A stretch of DNA of 64,000 nt from Planctomycetota bacterium (GTDB lineage Bacteria; Planctomycetota; UBA1135; UBA2386), in contig CANMWZ010000003.1 in the NCBI GenBank assembly GCA_947501605.1, positions 160,001-224,000 on the forward strand. Direction: 5' to 3'. The first letter of the stretch is position 1; each line of letters starts with the position of its first letter. Both the position numbers and the translations under genes were made by a program. The notes under the pieces are model-generated. The model searched no databases and was not told the origin of the DNA. It saw nothing but the letters and a program-made list of their open reading frames with translations. Positions 39,507-49,795 of this stretch are shown here, piece after piece.

Positions 39507-41684
39507 TCACTGCACGAACAGCATCTCGCGGTACTTTGGCAACGGCCAGAACGCGTCGTTGACCATGGTCTCCAGCGCGTCCGCCGTCTCCCGGACCTTC
39601 TGCATGCTCGTGGCCACCTTGTCGCGGTAGACCCTCGCGTGCTCCTGCGGCGTCCCCGGATGACCTTCGGCGTGTTCGAACTGAGCGCCCAAGTCGTCGA
39701 TGCGCGCGATCAGTTGCTCGATCAACGCTGACACCGTGGCGAGACACTTGTGCTGCCCCGACACGTCGATACCGAGGGCCTTCGCTGCGGCAATGCTCTG
39801 GGCCACCGCACCCTGGTGCGCCTGGGCCGCCGGCAACAACATCGTGCGCGCGATGGAGAGACAACTGAGCCCTTCGATCGAGATCGCCTTGCAGTAGGCC
39901 TCGAACTGGATGTTCATTCGCGACTCAGCTTCCTTCGCAGTCAGGACGCCAAACCGCTCGAACATCGCCACATTCTTCTCCGCGCAGAAGTTGCCGATCG
40001 CATCCACCGCGTTCTTGAAGTTCGGCAAGCCGCGCGCCGCCGCCTCCGCGTGCCACTCGGCTGAGTAGCCATTGCCGTTGAACAGCACGCGCTTGTGCTT
40101 CCGCAGCGTCTCGATCACGACCTCATTGATCGCCGCGTCGAGCCCCTTCTGGGCCTTCAGCTTCTCGATCTGGTCGACGAGACCGGCAAGGGCGTCGGCA
40201 ACGATGGTGTTGAGCACCGCGTTGGGCTTGGCCGAGGCCTGCGTGCTGCCGACCGCTCGGAACTCGAACTTGTTGCCGGTGAACGCGAACGGCGATGTCC
40301 GATTGCGATCGGTAGCGTCGCGCGGCAGCGGCGGCAGCGCCGTCACCCCAAGTCGCATCGTGTCCTTGCGCTTCTCCGAGCGCGCCGTCGTGCCGGCGAC
40401 GATGTTGTCGACAACCTCGCTCAGCTGCTCGCCGAGGTAGATCGAGATGATGGCCGGCGGGGCTTCGTTGGCACCCAAGCGATGGTCGTTGCCGGCGTGG
40501 GCAATCGTGCAGCGCAACAGATCGGCGTGCGCGTCAACCGCCCGAATGACGGCGGTGAGCATGACCACGAAGCGCATGTTCTCGTGCGGGGTATGGCCCG
40601 GCTCGAGCAGGTTCTCGCCCGTGTCGGTCGACAGCGACCAGTTGTTGTGCTTGCCCGACCCGTTGATTCCAGCGAACGGCTTCTCGTGCAGCAGGCAATG
40701 GAATCCGTGCTTCTGAGCGACCTGCTTCAGCACCTCCATGCAAATCATGTTGTGGTCGGCTGCGACCGTCGTGCGCTCGAAGATCGGCGCGATCTCGTAC
40801 TGCTGTGGCGCGACTTCGTTGTGGCGCGTCTTGACGGGGACTCCGAGCTTCCACAGTTCGTTTTCGCACTCTTGCATGTAGGCAAGCACGCGAGGCTGGA
40901 TCGAACCAAAATAGTGGTCCTCCAATTCTTGGCCCTTGGGCGGCTTGGTCCCGAACAGCGTACGGCCCGTCGCGATCAGATCGGGGCGACGCAGATAGAA
41001 GTCGCGGTCGATCAGGAAGTACTCCTGTTCACAACCGAGTGTCGGGTAGACGTGCGTCGCCTTTTGATCCCCGAGCAGGCGCAACATTCGCAACGCCTCG
41101 CGGTTGATCGCTTCGAGACTGCGCAGCAGCGGCGTCTTCTCGTCGAGCGCCTCGCCAGTCCACGAGCAGAACGCCGTCGGGATGCACAGAGTGGAGCCGT
41201 TGGTGGTCTCCCGAAGAAAGGCCGGCGAGGTTGGATCCCAGGCCGTGTAGCCGCGCGCCTCGAAGGTCGCCCGCAGGCCACCGCTCGGGAAGGAACTCGC
41301 ATCGGGCTCGCCCTTGATCAGCGCCTTGCCGCTGAACTCCATCATCAACCGTCCATCTTCGAGGCTGGCGAAGGAGTCGTGCTTCTCGGCCGTCGAGCCG
41401 GTCATCGGCTGGAACCAGTGCGTGAAGTGCGTGGCGCCGCGTTCGATGGCCCATTCCTTCATCGCGTTGGCAACCTGATCGGCGAGCCCCGGGCCCAACT
41501 CTTGGCCTTGCGTCAGGCAGAGTTGCAGCGCCTTGAAGGCGGTTTCGGGCAAACGGGCACGCATCTGCTGCGGGCCGAACACGTTGGCGCCGAACAGCTC
41601 GGGCACACGCAGCTCGCCACGCGCGAAGGCAATGGGTTGTTTGTTGGCAATCGTCCGGATCGCAGCATCACGCTCGGCATTCAC
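39507..41684 (-). CDS. glnA: Glutamine synthetase type III
   Basis: 725 aa; THWFQPMTG..AEKHD, GEPDASSFP, HNEVAP, HEKPFAGINGSGKHNN and DRNRTSPFAFTGNKFEFR. Confidence 0.97.
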   Translation of the reverse strand: MNAERDAAIRTIANKQPIAFARGELRVPELFGANVFGPQQMRARLPETAFKALQLCLTQGQELGPGLADQVANAMKEWAIERGATHFTHWFQPMTGSTAEKHDSFASLEDGRLMMEFSGKALIKGEPDASSFPSGGLRATFEARGYTAWDPTSPAFLRETTNGSTLCIPTAFCSWTGEALDEKTPLLRSLEAINREALRMLRLLGDQKATHVYPTLGCEQEYFLIDRDFYLRRPDLIATGRTLFGTKPPKGQELEDHYFGSIQPRVLAYMQECENELWKLGVPVKTRHNEVAPQQYEIAPIFERTTVAADHNMICMEVLKQVAQKHGFHCLLHEKPFAGINGSGKHNNWSLSTDTGENLLEPGHTPHENMRFVVMLTAVIRAVDAHADLLRCTIAHAGNDHRLGANEAPPAIISIYLGEQLSEVVDNIVAGTTARSEKRKDTMRLGVTALPPLPRDATDRNRTSPFAFTGNKFEFRAVGSTQASAKPNAVLNTIVADALAGLVDQIEKLKAQKGLDAAINEVVIETLRKHKRVLFNGNGYSAEWHAEAAARGLPNFKNAVDAIGNFCAEKNVAMFERFGVLTAKEAESRMNIQFEAYCKAISIEGLSCLSIARTMLLPAAQAHQGAVAQSIAAAKALGIDVSGQHKCLATVSALIEQLIARIDDLGAQFEHAEGHPGTPQEHARVYRDKVATSMQKVRETADALETMVNDAFWPLPKYREMLFVQ

Positions 41685-41922
41685 GGTGGGCAGCCTCCCT
41701 GGGAGAGATTCGATCGAAAGTGGTGTCGCCCCCGGCCGCTACCGGGAAACGAAGGGCGGGACACTACGGTCCGAGGACTCGCGGATCCAATCTGCCGTGC
41801 GGCGTGGGTAGTAGGTCTGGCGTTCGTCACACGGTGACTTTTGTGCACCCCTGCGGTGGCAGGGTGCCGATCTACCCCGTTACCATGCGCCCTCGCGGTT
41901 GCAGCGAGGCCCAACGATACCT

Positions 41923-43875
41923 ATGGCCGAGAACCTACTCCTGACGCACGCAGTCCGCGCTGCCATCGTCCTCGCCAGCTCCCTTTTTGTGCCCTGTGGG
42001 CTCCCTGGCCAAGCCCCGCCGAGGGCGACCGCTACGCCGCCAGCACAGGCCCCCACCCGATCCGTTGCCGAAGTAGCACGCAGTCGCATCGGCGCCGCCG
42101 CCGTCAAGATCGACCGCTTGCTCGAGAAGGGGCTGCAACAGCGACAGTTGGCCCCGAGCGCGCTGCTCGACGACGCCGCCTTTGCCCGCCGCGCCTACCT
42201 CGACATCGCCGGCCGCAACCCGAGCCTACCGGAGATCGAAGCCGTTCTGCTGGACGCCCGTGCTGACAAACGCGCCCGGCTCGTGGACCACCTGCTGGAC
42301 TCGCCCGGCTATGTCAGCAACGAATCGAACTTCTGGTTCGATCTGTTGCGCGTGAAGTCAAGGCAGCGGCAACTCAGCGGCGAGCCGTTCGCGCATTGGA
42401 TTCGCGACAGCATCCGGACCGGGGTCCCGTACGACCAGTTCGTGGCGGCAATGGTGACCGCTACCGGTGCCGCGCACGAAGACGGCAACGGTGCCACTGG
42501 TTTCCTGCTGCGCGACATGAACATGCCGCACGATGCGATGGCGAACACTCTGCGGCTGTTCACCGGAACGCGGCTCGAGTGCGCGCAGTGCCACAACCAC
42601 CCGTTCGAGTCGTGGAAGCAGCGCGACTTCTTCGCCATGGCTGCCTTCTACGGTGGGTTGCAGTACCGCATGGAGGTCGATCGCGACACCCAACTCGCGC
42701 TGCGCAAAGAACTGCAGAACGGCGACGACCGACAAAAGCAGCAGGCGCGGCGCGCCTTGCAGACCATGACTGCCGGACTGCGCGGCAGCGGCAGCGGCCA
42801 AGAGCGTCTACCGCAAGACTACGCCTACGACGACGCAGCACCGCGAACGCCGATCGCCGCCACAACGATCTTTGGCCCCAAGGTCGAGGTGCGCCAACCA
42901 AAGACGGCGGCGTCCGCGGGCCGCACAAAGCAGGCGCGAGCGGGCACAAAGCAGGCCGACGCCGGCTCGCGACGGGTCTTTGCCGATTGGCTGACGAGCC
43001 CGAACAACGAGCGATTCTCGAGAGTCCTGGTCAACCGAACGTGGCAGCGCCTCTTTGGCCGCGGCCTCACCGACCCGGTCGACGACTACAAAGAGGACTC
43101 GAAGGCAGTCCACCCCGAACTCGAGCGCTACCTCGAGCAGCTGCTCGTGGAACTCGACTTCGACGTGCGTCAATTCCAGCGCGTCCTGCTGTCGACTCGG
43201 CTCTACCAACAGCAGTGCCTCGCTGAGGACCCACCCGTGGATGCGGCCTACGCGTTCCAAGCGCCCTTGCCGCAGCGGTTGCGCGCCGAGCAGGTCTGGG
43301 ACTCACTGGTCACGCTGGTCAACTTCGAGATCGATGCCACACTGCGCGATCCTTCAGAACGTGCCCGCGCTGTCTACGAGCGCCAAGCCAAGATGACGAG
43401 CGGTGACCCGGAAGCGATCCTCGCCGCCATCCAGCGCCGACCCGATCCGGAGGCCACCATCCGCGAACGGCTCACCCAGCTCGCCGCCGCCCGCGGCGGC
43501 AATCGAGCCAACGGTTCTCTGCTGCGCGCCAGCGATCTGGAACAACCGGCACCGCAGAGCCACCTGCTGCGACAGTTTGGTCAGTCGGACCGCGAGACGA
43601 TCGATGGCGCTACCCGCGCCGTCACCGTTCCGCAGGCCATGACCTTGATGAATGGACTGCTGGTCGCCGACGGCGCGGACGCCGCCAAGGCCATCGCAGC
43701 CCCAGAGGAGGCTCCAGCCAAGATCCGTCGTGCGTACTACGCTGTGCTGGCGCGCGATCCCAGCCCCAGAGAGGCCGCTCGATGGACTGCAGAACTCGCC
43801 GCGCGCCCCCGCGAAGCGTTGGCCGATCTGCTGTGGGTGCTGTGCAACAGCAACGAGTTTCGGAGCCGCCCATGA
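41923..43875 (+). CDS. DUF1549/DUF1553 (planctomycete PSD1-type) protein
   Basis: F.RRAYLDIAGR.P, LVDHLL.SP.Y, GTRLECAQCHNHPF, NRTW..LFGRG and DLLWVL.NSNEF. Confidence 0.9.
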   Translation: MAENLLLTHAVRAAIVLASSLFVPCGLPGQAPPRATATPPAQAPTRSVAEVARSRIGAAAVKIDRLLEKGLQQRQLAPSALLDDAAFARRAYLDIAGRNPSLPEIEAVLLDARADKRARLVDHLLDSPGYVSNESNFWFDLLRVKSRQRQLSGEPFAHWIRDSIRTGVPYDQFVAAMVTATGAAHEDGNGATGFLLRDMNMPHDAMANTLRLFTGTRLECAQCHNHPFESWKQRDFFAMAAFYGGLQYRMEVDRDTQLALRKELQNGDDRQKQQARRALQTMTAGLRGSGSGQERLPQDYAYDDAAPRTPIAATTIFGPKVEVRQPKTAASAGRTKQARAGTKQADAGSRRVFADWLTSPNNERFSRVLVNRTWQRLFGRGLTDPVDDYKEDSKAVHPELERYLEQLLVELDFDVRQFQRVLLSTRLYQQQCLAEDPPVDAAYAFQAPLPQRLRAEQVWDSLVTLVNFEIDATLRDPSERARAVYERQAKMTSGDPEAILAAIQRRPDPEATIRERLTQLAAARGGNRANGSLLRASDLEQPAPQSHLLRQFGQSDRETIDGATRAVTVPQAMTLMNGLLVADGADAAKAIAAPEEAPAKIRRAYYAVLARDPSPREAARWTAELAARPREALADLLWVLCNSNEFRSRP

Positions 43876-45182
43876 ACGCGCGCCGACTCCGTCAACTGGC
43901 CATCGCCGCCACTGCCGCCACGCGCCGCGACTTCGTCACCGGGATCGCCCGCTCGCTGCTGGGTCTCTCGATTGGCGGTCTGGCTCTCGGTGGCACGCGA
44001 CCACGGCTTGCGCAGCCGGTGTCGCTGCCAAACCGCAAGGCCAGGCAAGTCATCTACCTATTCTTGCGCGGCGGCATGTCGCACATCGACACGCTCGATC
44101 CCAAGCCCGGCAGCAAAACGCAGGGCCCAGTGGAAGCTCTGCGTACGCGCGCTGATGGTGTCTTGCTGGGCCAGTACTTTCCGAAGCTCGCGCAACAGGC
44201 CGACAAAGTCTGCATCGTCAGCTCGATGTCCAGCAAGCAAGGAGCCCACCCGCAGGCTCAATACCTGATGCGCACCAGCTACGAGAAGCGCGGTACCATC
44301 CAGCACCCGAGCCTCGGCGCGTGGGTCAACCGCATGGCCGGCCGTCAGAACCCGGAGCTGCCGGGCCACGTGATCCTCGGCGGCGGTGGCGACATGCCGA
44401 CAGCCGGCTTCTTCCCGCCAAGCCTCGCAGCATTGCCGATTGGTGACGCCAGCACAGGGCTGCAGAACGCCGCACTGCCTCGCTCCATCCAGGCGGCGAG
44501 GTTCGACCAGCGCCTGCGATTGCTCGCCGAGATGAACCGCGAGTTCCATAGCGCTCATCGCGAGCGCGATGCGTTTGCCCACGACGAGGCCTACGCAGCG
44601 GCGGTGCGGCTGATGCGCAGCGAAGACCTCGTGGCCTTCGACCTCGACCGCGAGCCCGAGGCCACGCGCGAGGTCTACGGCGACAACCCGTTCGGTGCCG
44701 GATGCCTGCTGGCGCGACGCCTCGTCGAGCATGGCGTTCGTTTCGTCGAGGTCGTCAGTGATGGCTTTGACACGCATGCCGACAACTTTGACCGGCTGTC
44801 GGACTTGACGCCCGCGATCGACCAGGGGCTCGCCGCGCTGCTTGCAGACCTCGATGGCCGCGGTCTGCTCGAGCAAACCCTGGTCGTGCTCGCGACCGAG
44901 TTCGGGCGCACGCCGGACATCGACCAAGACCAGGGCCGCAACCACTATCCGAAGGCCTTCAGTTGCCTACTCGCCGGGGGCGGCATCCGCGGCGGCCAAC
45001 GCTATGGGCGCACCGACGACGAAGGCCGCGAAGTCCTCGAGGCGCCGGTTTCGATCCAGGATTTCAACGCCACCATCGCCTACGCCGCTGGCGTGGCGAC
45101 CGACGAGGTGGTCATTTCGCCGAGCGGTCGACCGTTCCAAGTTGCCGACAAGGGCTACCCGCTGACCGACCTGTTTGCCTGA
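43872..45182 (+). CDS. DUF1501 protein with Tat-like leader
   Basis: TRRDFV, VIYLFL.GGMSHIDTLDPKP, CLLARRLVE.GVRFV and TEFGRTP; ATGA overlap with the upstream gene. Confidence 0.92.
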   Translation: MNARRLRQLAIAATAATRRDFVTGIARSLLGLSIGGLALGGTRPRLAQPVSLPNRKARQVIYLFLRGGMSHIDTLDPKPGSKTQGPVEALRTRADGVLLGQYFPKLAQQADKVCIVSSMSSKQGAHPQAQYLMRTSYEKRGTIQHPSLGAWVNRMAGRQNPELPGHVILGGGGDMPTAGFFPPSLAALPIGDASTGLQNAALPRSIQAARFDQRLRLLAEMNREFHSAHRERDAFAHDEAYAAAVRLMRSEDLVAFDLDREPEATREVYGDNPFGAGCLLARRLVEHGVRFVEVVSDGFDTHADNFDRLSDLTPAIDQGLAALLADLDGRGLLEQTLVVLATEFGRTPDIDQDQGRNHYPKAFSCLLAGGGIRGGQRYGRTDDEGREVLEAPVSIQDFNATIAYAAGVATDEVVISPSGRPFQVADKGYPLTDLFA

Positions 45183-45226
45183 AGACAACGACTGCCTGGC
45201 TCCCAACCAATCTCGCCCAACCACTC

Positions 45227-46447
45227 ATGAAACTGCTCCCCCACGCGTTGTTCGCCTTCCTGTTCTCGCTGGCGCCGATCCTCGCGCAGAACGGCGATAC
45301 GCCAGCCAAGCCAGCGGAGAAACCGGTTGAAGAGAAGCCGACACAGGAACCAGAGGTTGCACCCGACGACAGCAGCAAGCCAGCCAAGCCGCAGAAGGAC
45401 GACACCAACCCGAAGGCTGGCAACATCGACTTCGCGACGCAGATCCTGCCGATCCTCGAGAAGAACTGCGTCGAGTGCCACAAGGCGCCCTACACCGATG
45501 CCGACGGCAAGAAGAAGCGACCGAAGGGCGGCGTCATCCTCGACAGCAAAGACGGAATGACGAAGGCCAAGAAAGGCAAGCTGGTGGTCGCCAAGAAGCC
45601 GGACGACAGCCTGATCGTCCACTCCATTTCTCTGCCGGCCGACGACGAGGATCGCATGCCTCCTGCGAAGAAAGGCGATCCGCTCGCGCAGGACGACATC
45701 GACCTGATCAAGACGTGGATCGAGCAAGGCGCGGACTTCGGAACCTGGAAGGGAACTGGGGCCAAGACCGACGACAAGAGCAGCAACGATAAGGCCGAGA
45801 AGGGCAAGGCCGAGAAGGACAAGGACAGCAAGGAGTCGAAGGAGTCGGCGGATACGTCCGGCGAGAAGCCCAAGGACGACGACACAGGCAAGAAGGGCGG
45901 CGAGGATCTGGCTCTTGGCCTTGAAGCTCTGCCGGAGGCGACGCTGGCCACCTTTGCCGATCGCTTCACCGTAGAAGTGGTCGAAGTCGGGAGCCCGCTA
46001 CTGCGCGTCACGTGCTACGGCCGCGAAGCCCGCATCGACGACGCTGCGATCGCAGCGCTCGTGCCACTGTCGGCTCACGTAGCAGAGCTGGTCCTTGCCC
46101 GGACGCCGGTGACGGACGCCGCGATGACCACCATCGCGGCGATGCCGCGACTGTCGCACCTGGATCTTCGCCAGACCGCGATCACCGATGCAGGCTGCAC
46201 CAAGATCGCCAGCCTTGCCCACCTGCGCTCGCTCAATCTGCACGGTACCAAGGTTGGCGACCGCGGCTTGGCGGCGTTGTCCCAGTGCGCTTCGCTGCAG
46301 AGTCTCTACGTCTGGCAGACGCCTGTGAGCGCCGCGGCGGTCGTCGCTCTGCAGCATGCTCTGCCGACCGCGAGGGTAGTGTTCGCTGCGGATCTGCCCA
46401 GTCCGATGACGGAAGAGCAGAACCGCGGCGGCCGCGCCCGCCGCTGA
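45227..46447 (+). CDS. Secreted planctomycete-type cytochrome c domain + LRR protein
   Basis: Signal peptide; IDF..QILPILEKNCVECH..MPP..WIEQGA; charged linker; about four LRRs. Confidence 0.85.
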   Translation: MKLLPHALFAFLFSLAPILAQNGDTPAKPAEKPVEEKPTQEPEVAPDDSSKPAKPQKDDTNPKAGNIDFATQILPILEKNCVECHKAPYTDADGKKKRPKGGVILDSKDGMTKAKKGKLVVAKKPDDSLIVHSISLPADDEDRMPPAKKGDPLAQDDIDLIKTWIEQGADFGTWKGTGAKTDDKSSNDKAEKGKAEKDKDSKESKESADTSGEKPKDDDTGKKGGEDLALGLEALPEATLATFADRFTVEVVEVGSPLLRVTCYGREARIDDAAIAALVPLSAHVAELVLARTPVTDAAMTTIAAMPRLSHLDLRQTAITDAGCTKIASLAHLRSLNLHGTKVGDRGLAALSQCASLQSLYVWQTPVSAAAVVALQHALPTARVVFAADLPSPMTEEQNRGGRARR

Positions 46448-46465
46448 AGTCCGCTAGCCACGCAA

Positions 46466-47455
46466 TCAGCGCGTGCGAACTTCGGCAACGATCGGGCAGT
46501 TGACCACGAAGTCCGACGGACCGAAGGCCGAGCCGTCTGGCGCCGTGACGAGACCCGACTCCGCGAGATCCTCGACATCGTCGAAGGCCGTCTGACGACT
46601 GGCGAGAAGGCTCGTGCGCCACGCCGTGAGGTGCACATCCCACAGTGGGCTGTAGCGGCCTTGGTTTGGCGTCCACGCCAACACGTTCAGCGGATCCCCT
46701 TCGCCGAGCAACGCCGAGTTGAGACCCTGACGTTCCGGGTTCTGCAAACCCGTTGGTCCGTTGACAAACGCGGCGAGGCCTGCGCGCGCGGAGTTCGTGC
46801 CATCGCCACCGGCAAACGGTGCGGCGTTCAGGCGTGGAGTCAACGTGGCGCCCTCGAGTGCTGCAGCGACTTCGACAGACGCCTCGGTCGACAGGTAGAT
46901 GACCCTGTTGCCGCGAGCGAAGCCATCCGTCAGCCGTAGCCGCACGGTGCGCAGAGCCAGATCGTAGGACACCACCTTGTCGTGGATGCCGGAGTCGTTG
47001 ATGAGCTGCGGCGCATTCAGCACCGAGCCGTCCGTGAGTTGGACCAACGGGCTGTACTCCGCGTCTGCGACCGAACCGGCGTGGACTTCCAGCGGTGGGA
47101 AACCGGTGACCGGATCGCCGACGACAACGCGCTGCGGCGCGAAGTCGACCGTACCGGGCATCACCAGGACGTTGCCATCGAAACGACCTCGCTGCACCGC
47201 GTCGGTGCCGCGCGCGTTGGCCAGCTTGTTGGCGCGATTGCAGCCAAACCGATCGGCCATGCGGGAGTTCGATGCATCGATCACGAGGAACCAAACGGTC
47301 TGCGTACCAACGCGACCTTGGTGCAGCGGCATCGTTGCCGTGCCGTCCTGGTGTACGCGCACCGAGGAGAAGTAGGGGCGGACTTCATTCGTGCCGCCCT
47401 GGCCTTGCGGCAGTGCACTGAGGAGTACGGAGAAGAGGGTTGCCGACAGAGTCAT
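46466..47455 (-). CDS. Secreted hypothetical protein with two YSPL motifs
   Basis: Signal peptide and consistent coding bias; EYSPLVQL, YSPLWDVH and VVNCPIV. Confidence 0.8.
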   Translation of the reverse strand: MTLSATLFSVLLSALPQGQGGTNEVRPYFSSVRVHQDGTATMPLHQGRVGTQTVWFLVIDASNSRMADRFGCNRANKLANARGTDAVQRGRFDGNVLVMPGTVDFAPQRVVVGDPVTGFPPLEVHAGSVADAEYSPLVQLTDGSVLNAPQLINDSGIHDKVVSYDLALRTVRLRLTDGFARGNRVIYLSTEASVEVAAALEGATLTPRLNAAPFAGGDGTNSARAGLAAFVNGPTGLQNPERQGLNSALLGEGDPLNVLAWTPNQGRYSPLWDVHLTAWRTSLLASRQTAFDDVEDLAESGLVTAPDGSAFGPSDFVVNCPIVAEVRTR

Positions 47456-47550
47456 GATTGGTGCTGTAGGTGCGGGGTGGTTGTTCGTCGAGAATCAGGA
47501 GGTGCCGGATTACGACCCCATGCCACGGCAGTTCCGCGCGTACCCCCCCG

Positions 47551-47567
47551 AGCACTGGATCTGCCAA
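47551..47567 (-). promoter_or_regulatory. Candidate sigma-54 promoter
   Basis: Minus-strand TTGGCAGATCCAGTGCT has GG-N10-GC spacing and lies about 95 bp upstream of ATG 47455. Confidence 0.4.
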
Positions 47568-47954
47568 TCTTGCTCGAGTCACCGCCGTTCTTCACCTGCG
47601 GCTCAACTGCCCCGGTACGGCAACACGTAAGCAACGGCACCAGGCGAAGCATGCACGGGGACATGGCGCATCACCGTCGATCCTGCAGGCCTAGCGACTC
47701 ATGGACCGCACCTGCATCGATCTGCAAACGGATCGCAGCCACTCGACCTGCGCGCTGCTGCAGAGCGTCCGGCTGCGGGTGTTCGTCCGCTTCCACCGCG
47801 AGCGCTCGGGTCGCGAGCCTGAAGGCACGCCGACGGCAAAGTCGCGGGACAGAACTCCCATTGCCTGAGATGCGCCCGTTGCCCGAGATGATGCCTCGAC
47901 TGCGAAGGCATCTGCGCAGCCCACTCTGGCTGACAGAAGGCACGCGGAAGAAAC

Positions 47955-48031
<77 letters not shown>

Positions 48032-48366
48032 ACCTAGGGCCCTTGGCCGTTGCCGACCAGAGGGCGCGGCAGGGTAGCCAAGCCTACCTCACGGGTCAAG
48101 CACGCATCGCCGCCATCCAGCCGAGGATTCCCCCGCCCCGTTGGGATCGACAGAGTGGTTTCGCGCGGCGCCGACGCAGGTGCAACTTCGTGTGCCGCCA
48201 GAGCCGGGGCATCACGCCGATGCAAATCGTGGCAGCCACAGCCACACAACCAACGTCCGCCCGTTCGAAGCACAAGGACCGGCGCCGTCTCAACACGCGA
48301 AACGCCGAGGAAAGCGAGTGCGGAGTCCCACGCAACCGAGCGCTAGGATCCTCCGCCGCCATCGTC

Positions 48367-49740
48367 ATGCGCAACCCGCTTCTCGTCCCCGAGGTCCGTG
48401 AACTGCTGCTCGAAGGCAAGCGGGAGGACCTTGTCTCGGTGCTCAGCGAGATGCACCCGTCGGACGCCGCCGCGACGATGAATGCTCTGGAGCCGGCCGA
48501 GGTGGCGACGCTGATGGCGTTGCTGCCAGTCGAGCTCGAACGCGACGTCTTCGGCTACCTCGACCCCGATGTGCAAGAGGAGTTCGTCGCCGGCGGCGGG
48601 CGCGACTCGGTCAAGAACGTCCTGCTGTCGATGTTCAGCGACGACCGCGCCGAGTTCGTCGACCGCCTCGAAGAGCGCGTGCGGCAGAAGATCTGGCCGC
48701 TGCTGTCCAACGCGGCTCGAGAGGACTTGCTGCACCGCAGCGCCTTTCGCGAAGACCAGGTCGGCTCGTTCCTGAGCACCGACTACGCCGTGCTGAGCCC
48801 GCAGTTGTCCGCCCGCTCTGCCATCGCCGAGCTCCGCCGACAAGCGCCCAGCAAGGAGACGATCTACTACAGCTATGTCGTCGACCGACTCGGCCGACTC
48901 GTTGGGTTCTTGTCGCTACGCGACCTCATCCTCGCCAAGGACGATCAGACGGTCGCCGAGATGATGCGTACGGAAATCGTCTCGACGAGCCCCGAAGCGG
49001 ATCAGGAAGAGGCCGCACGACTGATTCGCGACTACGACCTGATTGCGCTGCCCGTCGTCGATTCCGAACAGCGATTGATCGGCATCGTCACGCACGACGA
49101 CGCTGTCGACATCGTCGAGGAAGAGGCCGAAGAGGACTTCGCCAAGATGGCCGGCATGACCGGCGAGAGTGAAGGCGAGACCTATCTCGACGAGCCGGTG
49201 CTCCGCCAAGTCCGCCGCCGGGCGCCAGTCATCTGCATCCTCGCGATGTTCTGGCTCGTGACGGGATCGGTGATCCGTGGCTTCGAGCACCAACTGCACG
49301 GGGACACGCTGCTGTTGGTGTTGATGCCAATGGTGATGGCCATCGGGGGCATGGTCGGCAGCCAGGCGAGCACGCTGATCGTCCGCGCAGTCTCCTCTGG
49401 TGGCCTCGCCGGCTCGCTTTGGCTCGTGCTCTGGAAAGAACTGCGCGTGAGCCTCCTGCTCGCCGCCATCCTCTCGTGCATCGCGTTCGCAAACGCGTGG
49501 CTGCTGCAGCACTTCACCGGCGCCCAAGAACCCGTGCAGCTGACGTCGCACGTGGCAATCGTCATCGCCATCGCCATGTCAGCCACCGTGTTGCTAGCGG
49601 CGCTACTCGGGGCCACGACGCCCTACTTCGTCAAGGTGCTGCGGATCGACCCTGCGTTGATCAGTACCCCGGCGGTGACAGCGCTGACCGATCTCACGGG
49701 CGCTGCCATCTACCTTCTGGTCGTCACGGTGATGATCTGA
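48367..49740 (+). CDS. mgtE: Magnesium transporter MgtE
   Basis: HPSD.A, ETIYYSYVVD, CBS pair (LPVVD..GIVTHDD), GGMVGSQA and IDPAL.S.PAVT..TD. Confidence 0.95.
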   Translation: MRNPLLVPEVRELLLEGKREDLVSVLSEMHPSDAAATMNALEPAEVATLMALLPVELERDVFGYLDPDVQEEFVAGGGRDSVKNVLLSMFSDDRAEFVDRLEERVRQKIWPLLSNAAREDLLHRSAFREDQVGSFLSTDYAVLSPQLSARSAIAELRRQAPSKETIYYSYVVDRLGRLVGFLSLRDLILAKDDQTVAEMMRTEIVSTSPEADQEEAARLIRDYDLIALPVVDSEQRLIGIVTHDDAVDIVEEEAEEDFAKMAGMTGESEGETYLDEPVLRQVRRRAPVICILAMFWLVTGSVIRGFEHQLHGDTLLLVLMPMVMAIGGMVGSQASTLIVRAVSSGGLAGSLWLVLWKELRVSLLLAAILSCIAFANAWLLQHFTGAQEPVQLTSHVAIVIAIAMSATVLLAALLGATTPYFVKVLRIDPALISTPAVTALTDLTGAAIYLLVVTVMI

Positions 49741-49795
49741 CCTGCCTTCTGGCGATAGTGAACCCCTCCTGGGATCCCCTTCTCGCGAAGTTCGC

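Noticed and set aside
41826..41867. GTCAC-N3-GTGAC palindrome and GCACCC..GGGTGC hairpin upstream of glnA as an NtrC/GlnR site or riboswitch
   Set aside because: Only a partial match to the NtrC consensus, no GG-N10-GC promoter found for glnA, and no recognisable riboswitch.
47858..47893. 18-bp imperfect direct repeat (CC.TTGCC.GAGATG) near the tRNA
   Set aside because: Only two imperfect copies; no function can be supported.
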